From: a virus
Taxonomy: Duplodnaviria; Caudoviricetes
IMG/VR virus record: IMGVR_UViG_3300042451_000960
Direction: 5' to 3' (one strand)
DNA: 64,000 nucleotides
The first letter of the stretch is position 1. Each line of letters starts with the position of its first letter. Position numbers and translations under genes: made by a program. Positions 27,901 to 37,534 of the stretch are shown here, in pieces. The notes beneath the pieces are model-generated. The model searched no databases and was not told the origin of the DNA. It saw only the letters and a program-made list of their open reading frames with translations.

Positions 27901-30029
27901 AAGTTTTCAAAGGAATAAACTGAACCACTTGTGTATTGAATATTTAAATTTGTGGTATCAATATTATTTGATGCTGCATATCGTAATACTAAATCGTTTG
28001 ATGTGGCAGAACCACTAGCTACCAACTCATCAAATACTTTAAATCCAATTCCATTATCAGGAAGTAAATTAAAATTAGGCCCTTTTAATGGTGGGCAATA
28101 TGCACTTTCTTTTCCAACAATTGTTACTGTTTCAATTATTGGATTTGATTGAATTTTTGAAATCCAAACTTGCTGATTTGGTTGGATTGCTGTTGGTATT
28201 GGTTCATATAATTTTACAATTAAAGAATCTAAACTACCTGTCCAAGTTGTAATAACTTTATTATCACCATCTCCTAAATGTAAAAGATGCGTTAAATACT
28301 TTGATGTTTCTTGTTCAAATACAGTATCATCAAATTGAGAAGTAAATCCTTCTAAAATTCTATTTAAAACTAAATTTCTTGGTAATATTGTTTTACCAGT
28401 TTCTAATTTTATTGTTATAAATTCAGCTTTTCCCTCAACTACTTCATTACCACTTGAATTATATGGTATTAATTTAAGGGTAAGTGATATTATATTTTCA
28501 TTTGTATTTTTAGATTGAGTTGAACTTATATTTTCATTTGCTAAGTTTAATAATTGTTGAAAATTAAGATTTACTTTACCTACTTTATTAACTTGTGTAT
28601 ATAATCCGTTCTCACCATTAAAAATTCTTACATAATCAGTATTAATACTTTCCCAACTTATTTGAAAATCTACATTTGTGCCAACATTATCCGCACCTTT
28701 TATTATAGATGGATATACAATATTTCTAATATCCGGTACACCAACATAAACCGCATCAATTACTTTTACAGTTACATCTTTTGAATCACCATCACCAGCA
28801 ATATTTGATGGCACAATTACTACTCTATAATTTCCAACTCGTTCAAAAGCAGCTGATGGTATTACAATAACAGCTGTTTTTTCGCTTTCTAGTATTTCAA
28901 ACTTATATGAGTTAGTACCAACATATGCAGTTACATATGATACATTTCTAATAATTTCAATATAAACTGGAACTCCAGAATTTGAGTTTATATTATATTC
29001 TCTTGCTTCATTATTTGTTACATTAATTAAAGGCGATGCTACAAATCCTTTATTTATTTCTATTGATTTTATATCAATAGAATAGTCACCATCCAATTTA
29101 ATAGAAGTTTTTAAACTCTCATCTTGCCCTGCTTCTAAAGGTGCAATTCTGGTAGTTGTGGATGCTATGTTTATATTTGTAACTCTAAATGATAATGTAT
29201 CTGCTGTTTGAATTGATATTGTATCGCCGGCGTAAAATTCTAAAACGTTACTACCATTTTTAAGAGATATAGTATCAATATTATTTTTTATAATTTCTAC
29301 CGAATTATCAGGACCATCTAAAGTTATAGGTAACTGACTTATTGGTAATGGTTCTCGAACAATTACAGAAGGTACTAATTCAAATGTTATATTTTGAGTT
29401 TGGTCAGATAATTCATATGGAAAACTTTGAATAATATCATCAACATAATATTCAATTTTTATCCTATAAAATTTTTCATTAGAATAAACGTTTTGAAATG
29501 GAGCTGCTATTTTTTGTAAATCATAATAATTTGAATATCCATATAGCGAAGAACCTAAACCTAAATCAATATTAATAGTACTCTTTTCAAAATAAGAATT
29601 AAAATATGGATTTTGAATTACAGAAAATACATATTTTTGAGTTGTTTTAAATCCATCTTTGGATATTGTAATCGTTTTATATCCCGTAGGGCTTTTTAAT
29701 ATTGAATTAACATCTATATTGATTGCGTCTGGTGTAATTCTAAAAGTATTTTCACCATCAATTAATATATTTGCAGATTCAATATTTGATTTTACATAAA
29801 TTATGTAGTTTATATTGTCAACTGCAGTTCCGTAATTTGGTAGATTTATATCTTTTGGTATTGTAGGTTCTACTGGCGTTTCTATACCAGACTTCACACC
29901 CACTGGCATACCAAATGTTGGTTTAGTTGATATATCTGTATTAGCATCATAAATGACACTGCCACCACCGCCACCTTCAATAGTACCGGTTAATGTTAAA
30001 TCAATTGTATTTTCTGAAAACACTGCCAT
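24993..30029 (-). CDS. Large baseplate wedge-like structural protein with a probable LamG-like domain
   Basis: 1678 aa; NLPEHIRED...FLDMIGQHFDVIW...ILNNLPYLLKHKGT (wedge / P2 gpI-like); VEFRIKP...YTGALDEVRLW (LamG-like). Confidence 0.7.
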   Translation of the reverse strand: MAVFSENTIDLTLTGTIEGGGGGSVIYDANTDISTKPTFGMPVGVKSGIETPVEPTIPKDINLPNYGTAVDNINYIIYVKSNIESANILIDGENTFRITPDAINIDVNSILKSPTGYKTITISKDGFKTTQKYVFSVIQNPYFNSYFEKSTINIDLGLGSSLYGYSNYYDLQKIAAPFQNVYSNEKFYRIKIEYYVDDIIQSFPYELSDQTQNITFELVPSVIVREPLPISQLPITLDGPDNSVEIIKNNIDTISLKNGSNVLEFYAGDTISIQTADTLSFRVTNINIASTTTRIAPLEAGQDESLKTSIKLDGDYSIDIKSIEINKGFVASPLINVTNNEAREYNINSNSGVPVYIEIIRNVSYVTAYVGTNSYKFEILESEKTAVIVIPSAAFERVGNYRVVIVPSNIAGDGDSKDVTVKVIDAVYVGVPDIRNIVYPSIIKGADNVGTNVDFQISWESINTDYVRIFNGENGLYTQVNKVGKVNLNFQQLLNLANENISSTQSKNTNENIISLTLKLIPYNSSGNEVVEGKAEFITIKLETGKTILPRNLVLNRILEGFTSQFDDTVFEQETSKYLTHLLHLGDGDNKVITTWTGSLDSLIVKLYEPIPTAIQPNQQVWISKIQSNPIIETVTIVGKESAYCPPLKGPNFNLLPDNGIGFKVFDELVASGSATSNDLVLRYAASNNIDTTNLNIQYTSGSVYSFENFSHFGSAEERFKNFFYKVQLIETYESKYNELSSGSAWTSSINVVNEANKVQQKVSEVKRGFDGLENFLYTDVSSSLSYPKVNGILLSSTNPTVENWYDTAIDLSAEYDKYNVNYLVNNLPEHIREDYNNEDFILFLDMIGQHFDVIWSYINGINKTKLVENKQFDGVANNMVYHLLQSLGWEGKRAFDSQFLWEYVFGQYKDGTKKYDRPLEDANNEVWRRILNNLPYLLKHKGTGRAMKAIMACYGVPQSMLTIMEFGGPQDPTKGGSTKFTFDDRTAAIQMKSGSLVQIPWKVIPSTIHYPDAVEFRIKPDVVKNTTLATFGECSITLEQTTGSFVKLGFSVGSSVTAQPYFTASYYNDPTYTIYVLPPETGTGSLDFPLSTEHYSNILVNRHQYGGGSLYEVLFATSNGTRITTYVSMSLLSEPGPWESGSVLTIGNDYTGALDEVRLWKVPLQTSKFENHTLFPDATNGNSYTASTSDLMFRLDFEYPKDRTADNSIKNVSISTLYAENYATASKFYSASSYPYQYIPYDRTVTATVPSTGLSYSNKIRFESASLVTDLSYKVRATKKSFDQAPIDSNRLGLFFSPMKELNMDILKTFGDFNIDNYIGNPADEYKDSYKELETLRNYYFERLDRNIYEYIQLVKYVDKSLFDVLADLAPARAKISKGLLIEPHFLERSKVRWDKPTSVRGDYDTIINIDENNEIESTYNVEEMNIVTNDTTNLVGELPNYDALIENENLCVLDVTNPNYDTLIEYDTTEIIEATAPFYDVEIEAPNGATLTGQADSFKSVQIGMEKDSLANSGFGLYAKDGNALVRPFDGVFGNFQLTGSRQSVFLVKESYVENVSTQVAGWPVNGAQLGDQVVYQNVSVTKYKYRISQLPFSGSIAVGNNVVQVTALNGYFPTHYRYTNNLSEGMQRTYWKGSQQTATTTPDGLSPVETFTTNPNILRVAKTGRGSGEPILEVD

Positions 30030-30034
30030 CTTTT

Positions 30035-30043
30035 AATAAATAC
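30035..30043 (-). promoter_or_regulatory. Phage-specific promoter motif variant GTATTTATT
   Basis: In the 16-nt gap upstream of the ATG at 30029; very close to the start, so weaker. Confidence 0.4.
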
Positions 30044-30045
30044 TT

Positions 30046-31287
30046 TTATTGTATATTTTCTCTTTGACTACTTTCTCTTACAAAAACCTGTTCTCTACCA
30101 TAACCTGTTCCAAAATCTCTTTCAATAAATCCACCACCGCCGCCGAATCCGCCACCGCCGCCTCCACGTGGTGTTTCAATTGGTGTTTCAATTGGTGTTT
30201 CTATAACCGGTTCTTTAATTGGTGGGGGATTATCTATTATAATTGGAATTTCCTTTTTTATTTGTTTTTTTAATTCTAATGTTTCTTGCTTTTCAATTGG
30301 TTTTTGCAATTCTGCTTTAACTACCAATGGTTCTTTTGTTTCAAACATCGTATCAGCTGTTTTTGTTTGTAAAACATCAGATACCAAATCCATACTTTCT
30401 TCAGTTGCTATTTCGAAATCAGACTTATTGTTAATATCAGGAATTATTAAATAAAAGTTTATAGAAGTTATTAATAATTGAGTACATTTATTATTTATTT
30501 CGGATTTTGATAATTTTAAAGGTGATGGGTTTGGTTTTAATTTTCCATACAATAATGAATTAATATCGGAATATCTATTTGTAAATTCAAAAATTGCTGA
30601 TTCTAAAAATTTACTATAAACTCTATTACAAAATTCATCTATATTTGTAATTCTATAATCACTTTGCATTTTTTGAGTCCATGCATCTGAATATTTGTTT
30701 GTTAAAAATGTATCAATTACAGATGGATTAATTTTTTCCAAAAATGATAAAGCTGATTGTATTGTATCATCTCTAAATTCCTCATCTGAAACAAATAGTT
30801 TAAATCTTTCATCCAATTGATAACTTTGATTTGTTGGTTTTTTTAAAGGAAATAATCTTAATTCAGTTCTTGATGGCGATATTTCTGAAATCCACATTTT
30901 ATTATCTCTTTCAAATCCACCAACCCTTCTGTTTATTAGATTAATTTGAGTTTTAAAAATACCATTATCAAACCCGCCTTCATTAAGTAATCTTTCTATA
31001 TCTACAAAATATTCTTTTGGAAAATTAAGAGCTTGAAATTGTGTACCATCTGGTAATAAAATATAATCTCTTATATTTTGATTGTTTAGTTGAATATATC
31101 TAACTAATCCAATATTAGCTTGTTCTAATTGATTATCATTAGCATCATAAACAATAAATTCAATCATATCACCTTCACCAAATCCAAAGAATGAAGCATA
31201 ATCACCTTCTTCAAAAATTTTTCTATCTTTTGAATTTATAAAGTAAGCTTTATTATCAATAATATCTTTAAAGTTTCTCAATGCCAT
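30046..31287 (-). CDS. Hypothetical virion structural protein
   Basis: 413 aa in the baseplate cluster; ISEISPSRTELRL motif; low-complexity IETP/Gly tail. Confidence 0.7.
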   Translation of the reverse strand: MALRNFKDIIDNKAYFINSKDRKIFEEGDYASFFGFGEGDMIEFIVYDANDNQLEQANIGLVRYIQLNNQNIRDYILLPDGTQFQALNFPKEYFVDIERLLNEGGFDNGIFKTQINLINRRVGGFERDNKMWISEISPSRTELRLFPLKKPTNQSYQLDERFKLFVSDEEFRDDTIQSALSFLEKINPSVIDTFLTNKYSDAWTQKMQSDYRITNIDEFCNRVYSKFLESAIFEFTNRYSDINSLLYGKLKPNPSPLKLSKSEINNKCTQLLITSINFYLIIPDINNKSDFEIATEESMDLVSDVLQTKTADTMFETKEPLVVKAELQKPIEKQETLELKKQIKKEIPIIIDNPPPIKEPVIETPIETPIETPRGGGGGGFGGGGGFIERDFGTGYGREQVFVRESSQRENIQ

Positions 31288-31293
31288 ATTTTA

Positions 31294-32307
31294 TTATCCC
31301 CATTTATCTCCACGCATTTTTTGTAATGCAACTGGAATGTTAACTGTTCCCTTTGATGATTTAACAATTATATTACCCTTATATTCTTTATCTCCAATAA
31401 ATCCAAATCCATTTTTAGGAGCATAATCTTTAATTTTACCATCAATAGTTTTAAGAGTTATATTTTTTTCTTCATTTGATGCTAATGTTAAGGATGGTAT
31501 AGAATTAAATATACCAGATATTTCACCATCTTGTGCAAACGTAATAGTAACGCTATCTTTTGTGAAATTTTTAATATTAATTTCAGGACCATTAATCCAA
31601 GTTCCTCTGCCATTATCCTTTGCTCTAGCTCTAAATGTTAAATCCGCATATTGTGCTTCTGCTTTATTTACAACTTTAACTGCAAAATCATCTGTTACTT
31701 TTGCCCCTTCGTCTTTTGATGCTTGCTTACCAAATAATTGTTCTCTTAATGTTGCGTTTTCAGATTCTAATGCTCTAGTTAAAGCAGTAAGTGAAACTCT
31801 TTGTATTGCTTCAGCTGTTGCTTTTTGTATTGCATTTTGTAAATCAACTACAGAAGATTGAACTTTATTTGTAGATTGAAACGATTGATTTTGAGAAGAT
31901 GCAACTACTAAATCTTTTGCATCCAAATCTACTCGTAAACTCTGAGAAATTATTTCTAATTCTTTTACTTTACCAGTTAAATCTAAAATATTTCCATTTA
32001 ATCGTTCAACTTCTGCTGTTAAATCAATTACAGATTGTGTTACTGGATTATATATACTTCTTAATACTGTATCAGGTAGTGGTGGTGCTTCTATTGGAAT
32101 TAATTCTACAATATTTGTATCTATTGATTTAATTAATTCTACTTTATTATATTTTGGTTTAGTTAGTTTACCAAATATAATACCATCATCATCATTTGAA
32201 GCACTAAAAATATGTACGCCGTATTCGTTTTTAGATTTAATACTCAACGAACCGGATACAATTATGTCTTGAACTTTAACTTCGTTTTTAAGTCCTGCTT
32301 TTACCAT
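31294..32307 (-). CDS. Hypothetical structural protein (coiled coil + Ig-like C-terminus)
   Basis: 337-aa ORF in the operon; central heptad-rich segment. Confidence 0.7.
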   Translation of the reverse strand: MVKAGLKNEVKVQDIIVSGSLSIKSKNEYGVHIFSASNDDDGIIFGKLTKPKYNKVELIKSIDTNIVELIPIEAPPLPDTVLRSIYNPVTQSVIDLTAEVERLNGNILDLTGKVKELEIISQSLRVDLDAKDLVVASSQNQSFQSTNKVQSSVVDLQNAIQKATAEAIQRVSLTALTRALESENATLREQLFGKQASKDEGAKVTDDFAVKVVNKAEAQYADLTFRARAKDNGRGTWINGPEINIKNFTKDSVTITFAQDGEISGIFNSIPSLTLASNEEKNITLKTIDGKIKDYAPKNGFGFIGDKEYKGNIIVKSSKGTVNIPVALQKMRGDKWG

Positions 32308-32309
32308 TT

Positions 32310-33380
32310 TTAATTAATTACTTCAAAAGTTAAATCATCATCAAAATACTGAATATCTCCTTCTCCAAAATCAACTTTAAATTCCATCTTATAGACTCTT
32401 CCTATTTCCCAATTGGAAAGATTTAATTTAAAATAATTTCCACTACTATTACAACTTATTTTTGAATAGTCACCAAATGGTACAATTACATCATCTGATG
32501 CGAAGTCTTTAATTTGATAATATGACGATGTTGGTAGATATTTAATATCGTTGTATGTGAATGTATTACTAAAAGTTTTTACAGGATAAAGTTCTCTACC
32601 TAAAACTTCTATTTTAGGTGTTGTATTTACTTTATATTCTTTTTTGAAATTTCTTGCTACAACTTTTAAATTTGTTGAAGTAATTGCCGATAATGAGCCA
32701 GTTGAAAAAGCTTGGTCGTTCCAACCAATTCTTAATTTTGGTTGATATATAGTATGCGTTTCTTTACTAAATAATTTTACAATACCATAATCTTCCGTAT
32801 CAGTTTCTACAGAGTTTGAGTGTTTTAATATAATACCATCATTTGGAATAGAACCACTTATCCATGCTCTAATCATAGATTTAACATCCATTTGAATATC
32901 TGCTGTTTGGTAATTAAAATACTGAGATGATTCTGAAGTGGTGTAATACACACCACCCAATCCATTATAACTTCCAGTAGAACCCAAAGCATATACATTA
33001 TTAGGTAACCATCTATCTTTTGAATCACCTTCTCTATAATTCCAAGTCACACCTTCTGTTGTAATATCATCGAATCTAGTTCCTTTACCCATTTGCCAAC
33101 TTCCAGAAATTGGATGTGCGTATATTGTATATTCTAAAGGAATTTCTTCACTTTCAGTTTCTCTCAAAACTAAAGTTGCTTCTCCTAAATTCATACTACC
33201 ATTTGAAATGGATGATGATAAGTGACTTATATCAAATTTTAATAAAGCTCTTGAAACATCTTTTATTGTTCCATAATAAACTTTAGTCACTTCTAATACT
33301 TCATCCAATCCAGTATTTTGGTTTGGTTGTTGTAGATAAACCGTTGCATCTTTTGATGCTGTTATAAAATAGTATGCCAT
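32310..33380 (-). CDS. DNRLRE/CBM96-like domain structural protein
   Basis: ASKDATVY...NTGLDEVLEV...SRALLKFDIS...NDGIILK...FSKE...PKLRIGW. Confidence 0.7.
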   Translation of the reverse strand: MAYYFITASKDATVYLQQPNQNTGLDEVLEVTKVYYGTIKDVSRALLKFDISHLSSSISNGSMNLGEATLVLRETESEEIPLEYTIYAHPISGSWQMGKGTRFDDITTEGVTWNYREGDSKDRWLPNNVYALGSTGSYNGLGGVYYTTSESSQYFNYQTADIQMDVKSMIRAWISGSIPNDGIILKHSNSVETDTEDYGIVKLFSKETHTIYQPKLRIGWNDQAFSTGSLSAITSTNLKVVARNFKKEYKVNTTPKIEVLGRELYPVKTFSNTFTYNDIKYLPTSSYYQIKDFASDDVIVPFGDYSKISCNSSGNYFKLNLSNWEIGRVYKMEFKVDFGEGDIQYFDDDLTFEVIN

Positions 33381-35419
33381 TATCTTACTCTACCTTTTAT
33401 GTCTGAATCAGGATATTTCACCTCAAAAACTGATGGGTCTAATGATGGATATACAATCTTATCTTTTGTTGCCGCAGTAATGTTATAAGAATTATTTGTA
33501 TATCTACCACCCCCACATTTATTTACAATTTCAACCATAGGTACTGATGATACTCCTTCAACATTTGCTATTAACAATTCAACTTCACTCAAATTTATAG
33601 TTTGATTAAATTGCCAATTTTCAGTATTGAAGTAATCTTTTAACTCAGTTATACACTTAGTCAATACTTCAGATTTATTGTAATTTTGGTAAACAATAAT
33701 TTCAAAGTTTATACCAATATTTATAATAAAACCATCTAATATATTTACACCATCAGTTAAGATACGGTATTCATTTAAATAAGTTTTTAAGTTTTCTTTT
33801 ACGCCTCTATTTAATTGACTTAACCTACCATCAGAATTATATCCTAATAAATAAAGATTAATTGCAAATGGATTATTTTTTTCGTTTGTATTTGAAGTTT
33901 TTCCAATTAAAAATTTTTGTATATCTTGCTTAACACTTGCTACATTAGGTTCTTCACTATCAGGTTTATTTACAAAGCTCATTACCAAATCAGTAAATTC
34001 TTGCAAATTATTTGGAGATGCTAATATTGATGATGGTGAATTATTATCTAACGTACCATCTGCTGTTGCAAATGCCTTTGCTATACCACCATATTTTGCA
34101 GGCATAGATAATGCTCTTACTTGATAATCTTTTGCAGTAACTGCTCTATTTTGAGAACCAAAATTTGCTAATGCATTCTGTCTAATTTCTTCTACAGTCT
34201 CACCACTTCTACCACCAGTTGCAGGTACTTCATTATCTATTGCTATGGAATTTTTAACTGTGTTGTACGTTGCTAATTCTGGTGTTGAAAATAAACTCAA
34301 ATCTTCTTCATATTGAACTGCACTTATTCTTGTCAATTCACCTACACCAATATTTGAATTTACACCACCACCAATTAAATACTTAACTGTTATTGTTGTG
34401 TTGGCTGGTGATGTTCCATATGTTTTTGTTTTTAAAAAATTAGTTGGGTCGAATGATTCTTCCAATCTACTAATTGAATTTGGTAATCCCAATCCTACAT
34501 TCTTAAGATTTGGAATCAATTGTTCATCTGCCGCAGATGGGTCACCAGCTCCAAATTGTATAGTCATTGTACTATCTGCATTTACTTTAGTAACAAATCG
34601 TTTTGGAGTTCTAATGGTTTTAAGAACATATGGTACTGTAGTTTTGAATTGATATAAATCAGGATCGTTTGCTTCAGTATTTGGCATATCAGCAAAAACC
34701 ATTTCTTGTGCTAAATAAGGTACTTCATAATATTTGTTATTATTAGAATCTCTTACATCATAAATTTCTATTATATTTGTATCATCTAAATTAATTCTCT
34801 GAAATGGTTCGTATGTTCCAAAATCAAATGTTATTGTTTTTTCATCAGCTGATATAGCTTGTACATATTTTTTTATAAGATAGAATGTTGGTTCTCCTGT
34901 TATTGCATCTCTTTGATATACTGTGATTTCTCTATCTGTTTCATCATTAAAGTCCACAACATTTGTAGTTCTAAAAACCACTCCATTTGTATTAGATGTA
35001 GTGCGTAATCCTTCCCTTATTCTTAAATAATATTTTGGGTCTGGTTTGTTATTAGCGCCAGTTCCTATTGATGGGACTAATTGATAAATTGATAATGTAG
35101 TTATTGCTGGCGCAGTTACTTTTGGTTTATATCCCAAATATTGAGATAATGCTAAAATATTTTGAATATCTTCAGCATACACCATTAGAGATTCTTTTAA
35201 TGTATCATCAACATAATAAGATAAAGAATCGCCAATATAAGATGCCATCTCTATAAACATCATACCAGGAGAAGCCTCATTAAAATCTGAATACGTTTTT
35301 GGAAAATAAGTCTTAGCATACTCAATAAGATTTTCTCTAAAACTTACAAAATCCTTATTAAGATATTTTATATCTCTACCTTTATTTTTAAAATTCTTAT
35401 TTGTAATAGTTAATGCCAT
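33380..35419 (-). CDS. Baseplate wedge subunit (T4 gp6 / baseplate J-like)
   Basis: LNKDFVSFRENLIEYAKTYFP...DFNEASPGMMFIEMASYIGD; QNRAVTAKDY. Confidence 0.88.
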   Translation of the reverse strand: MALTITNKNFKNKGRDIKYLNKDFVSFRENLIEYAKTYFPKTYSDFNEASPGMMFIEMASYIGDSLSYYVDDTLKESLMVYAEDIQNILALSQYLGYKPKVTAPAITTLSIYQLVPSIGTGANNKPDPKYYLRIREGLRTTSNTNGVVFRTTNVVDFNDETDREITVYQRDAITGEPTFYLIKKYVQAISADEKTITFDFGTYEPFQRINLDDTNIIEIYDVRDSNNNKYYEVPYLAQEMVFADMPNTEANDPDLYQFKTTVPYVLKTIRTPKRFVTKVNADSTMTIQFGAGDPSAADEQLIPNLKNVGLGLPNSISRLEESFDPTNFLKTKTYGTSPANTTITVKYLIGGGVNSNIGVGELTRISAVQYEEDLSLFSTPELATYNTVKNSIAIDNEVPATGGRSGETVEEIRQNALANFGSQNRAVTAKDYQVRALSMPAKYGGIAKAFATADGTLDNNSPSSILASPNNLQEFTDLVMSFVNKPDSEEPNVASVKQDIQKFLIGKTSNTNEKNNPFAINLYLLGYNSDGRLSQLNRGVKENLKTYLNEYRILTDGVNILDGFIINIGINFEIIVYQNYNKSEVLTKCITELKDYFNTENWQFNQTINLSEVELLIANVEGVSSVPMVEIVNKCGGGRYTNNSYNITAATKDKIVYPSLDPSVFEVKYPDSDIKGRVR

Positions 35420-35428
35420 ACTTTTTTA

Positions 35429-35857
35429 TTATGCTGCTACATTAAAAGTAACACTGTTTAATTCTGGGTTATTTAAAACTGAAAACGATATTGTAATATT
35501 AACTAAATTATTATCTCTTTCATAATTTCCGTTTTCAACTAAAATATCTTCTACATTTACATATGGTAACCAAATTTGTATGGCACTTCCAATAGCTTCT
35601 TCTATTTTACCCGGAAGTTGGTCATCATTAAAATCAAAAATTAGATTTTGCAAATTACTTCCAAATTCCGGTTGCATTGGCCTCTCACCTTTTTTTGTGA
35701 GAAGTAAATTTTTAATATTAGATTTTGCTTGTTCTGCTGTTTTATATGCCTGAGCAAATGAATTTCCTGTCATCTGCAAAGGTAGTGTTATACCAATAGC
35801 ATAATCTTCGTATTTTTTTACGTCTTGAACAAGTTTACTACCTAATACAATTGCCAT
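35429..35857 (-). CDS. Baseplate wedge subunit, T4 gp25-like
   Basis: IKNLLLTKKGERPMQPEFGSNL...I..WLPYV. Confidence 0.88.
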   Translation of the reverse strand: MAIVLGSKLVQDVKKYEDYAIGITLPLQMTGNSFAQAYKTAEQAKSNIKNLLLTKKGERPMQPEFGSNLQNLIFDFNDDQLPGKIEEAIGSAIQIWLPYVNVEDILVENGNYERDNNLVNITISFSVLNNPELNSVTFNVAA

Positions 35858-36333
35858 TATTTCTTAAATCTTTTAACAAGCTCAGAATAATCTCTATTAA
35901 AAGCTTTATCTAATTCAGCTACGCCCGTTTGAACTCCCAATCCGGTTTTTTGAGTTCCATTAGCGAATTCACCATAACCCATTTTTTCAGCCATTGCTGT
36001 TCTACCAACTATTGAACCCATATCAGCCTGTCCAAACGCCATAGTTCTAAAACCACCAGCATCATTTGAAACAGCTGCTTTTGTTTCGTTTAGTATTTGA
36101 TTAATCATTGGATTCTTACTAAATTCTTTTGATTTTGTATCTGCTACTTTAATTACTTCCTCACCTAAAATAGCTTTAGTCATACTTAATCCAGTATTTT
36201 TTGGTTGTTTTTGTTCAGCCAACAATTTCTTCATTTCAGACCTTACAGCTTCCTTAATAAGAGTAGGAAGTTGTTGTTTAATTTCCTCTTTAACTAAGAT
36301 TTGAATGGCTTGTACTAATTTCTCAGTATTCAT
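35857..36333 (-). CDS. Hypothetical late protein
   Basis: 158 aa; coupled to the gp25-like gene; promoter motif upstream. Confidence 0.7.
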   Translation of the reverse strand: MNTEKLVQAIQILVKEEIKQQLPTLIKEAVRSEMKKLLAEQKQPKNTGLSMTKAILGEEVIKVADTKSKEFSKNPMINQILNETKAAVSNDAGGFRTMAFGQADMGSIVGRTAMAEKMGYGEFANGTQKTGLGVQTGVAELDKAFNRDYSELVKRFKK

Positions 36334-36353
36334 ATGTCTTTATTTGTTATGTT

Positions 36354-36362
36354 TATAAATAT
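36354..36362 (-). promoter_or_regulatory. Phage-specific promoter motif ATATTTATA
   Basis: Intergenic, upstream of the ATG at 36333. Confidence 0.65.
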
Positions 36363-36388
36363 TTGAATGGTATATTTTTGGGATTTTA

Positions 36389-37531
36389 TTATACTTGTGT
36401 AGAATATACATCAACTTTTGTAACTAAAGATGCTAAATAACTACCACTACCCCTCTTTATTGGACTACCAGCAATTATACTTGTAATTAATAAATTAGCA
36501 TCCGATTGGGAAGCCCCTTGAGTTGGAATACCCATTTTTTTAGAAAAAGTTTTAAGACTTCTATTAATAAACCATGCACAGCTATCTGCAGCTGGTTCTG
36601 GTTGTTGTAATAATTCTGGGTTTGTGACTAAAGAAGTATTTTTGTAAACTGCCAATGAATTTGCCGTATAATTAGCTTTTCCTGTAATTTGGATAAACCC
36701 TCTACCTCTATATCGGAAGCCATCACCAGATGATGTATTTCCTAGCCACTTACCAACATTACCCGAATCAGGACCATACATTAAATCTCCCATACTTTGT
36801 GGATTAGATTTAATTCCATTTAGTTCTACATCGGAATATTTTGAAGCTCGTTTACCAAATATAGACCTAATTCTTTCATTTGATGTACCACCATAATTCA
36901 TAAATTCAACAATAGGTTGTCCACCAGATTCTTTTAAAGCATTTGCTTTTACCGCTTTTACTATTGCTTCATCAGTAATACCAACTTTAGCTAATGCCCT
37001 TTCTATTAAATCTAAATTTTTATTTTTGTTATACTTTTTACCACCAGAGCCAGCATCTTTTTTTTGTGGATTTTTTCTTTCATCTTCTTCAGTTTCTTTA
37101 TTTCTTTTATTTTTTTCTTCTTCGTTTACTTCATTATTTGTTTTCACAGCTTCTCCAATAGGTATCCTTTCATTTACAGTTTCGTCTATAAATCTTTTAC
37201 CAACTTGTCTTACTTCTTCATCATCGGTTTCTTCAATTACACTTTGAACCGCTTTTATATCTTCCTCTGCTAATTCTCTTTGAGTTGCTAAAGCTTCTGC
37301 TTCTTCTTCAGTTGGAACTTCATTTATATCTGAAGCTGTTGGTTGACTTGGAGTTGCTGGGTCAACAAAGTATCCTGTCCAAGTTAATATACCTGGTGCT
37401 GGAGTTCCTGTCGGTGGATATAATGAAGTTGTACTTATAGTACCACCAACTGTTGTAAGATGTTGTGTAGCATAAGCTATAAAATCATCTACTATTAAGC
37501 CTGTATTTTTAGTTGGTGAAATTGCTGACAT
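36389..37531 (-). CDS. Virion-associated glycoside hydrolase family 19 (lysozyme-like) protein
   Basis: KESGG...E...GDGFRYRGRGFIQITGKANY...P.LL...A..SCAWF; non-catalytic N-terminus and an acidic linker. Confidence 0.85.
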   Translation of the reverse strand: MSAISPTKNTGLIVDDFIAYATQHLTTVGGTISTTSLYPPTGTPAPGILTWTGYFVDPATPSQPTASDINEVPTEEEAEALATQRELAEEDIKAVQSVIEETDDEEVRQVGKRFIDETVNERIPIGEAVKTNNEVNEEEKNKRNKETEEDERKNPQKKDAGSGGKKYNKNKNLDLIERALAKVGITDEAIVKAVKANALKESGGQPIVEFMNYGGTSNERIRSIFGKRASKYSDVELNGIKSNPQSMGDLMYGPDSGNVGKWLGNTSSGDGFRYRGRGFIQITGKANYTANSLAVYKNTSLVTNPELLQQPEPAADSCAWFINRSLKTFSKKMGIPTQGASQSDANLLITSIIAGSPIKRGSGSYLASLVTKVDVYSTQV

Positions 37532-37534
37532 ATA

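Noticed and set aside
30120-30205. GC-rich stretch and TTTCAATTGGTG repeats
   Set aside because: They encode the IETP repeats and Gly-rich tail of the 413-aa protein; there is no evidence for an RNA structure or foreign element.
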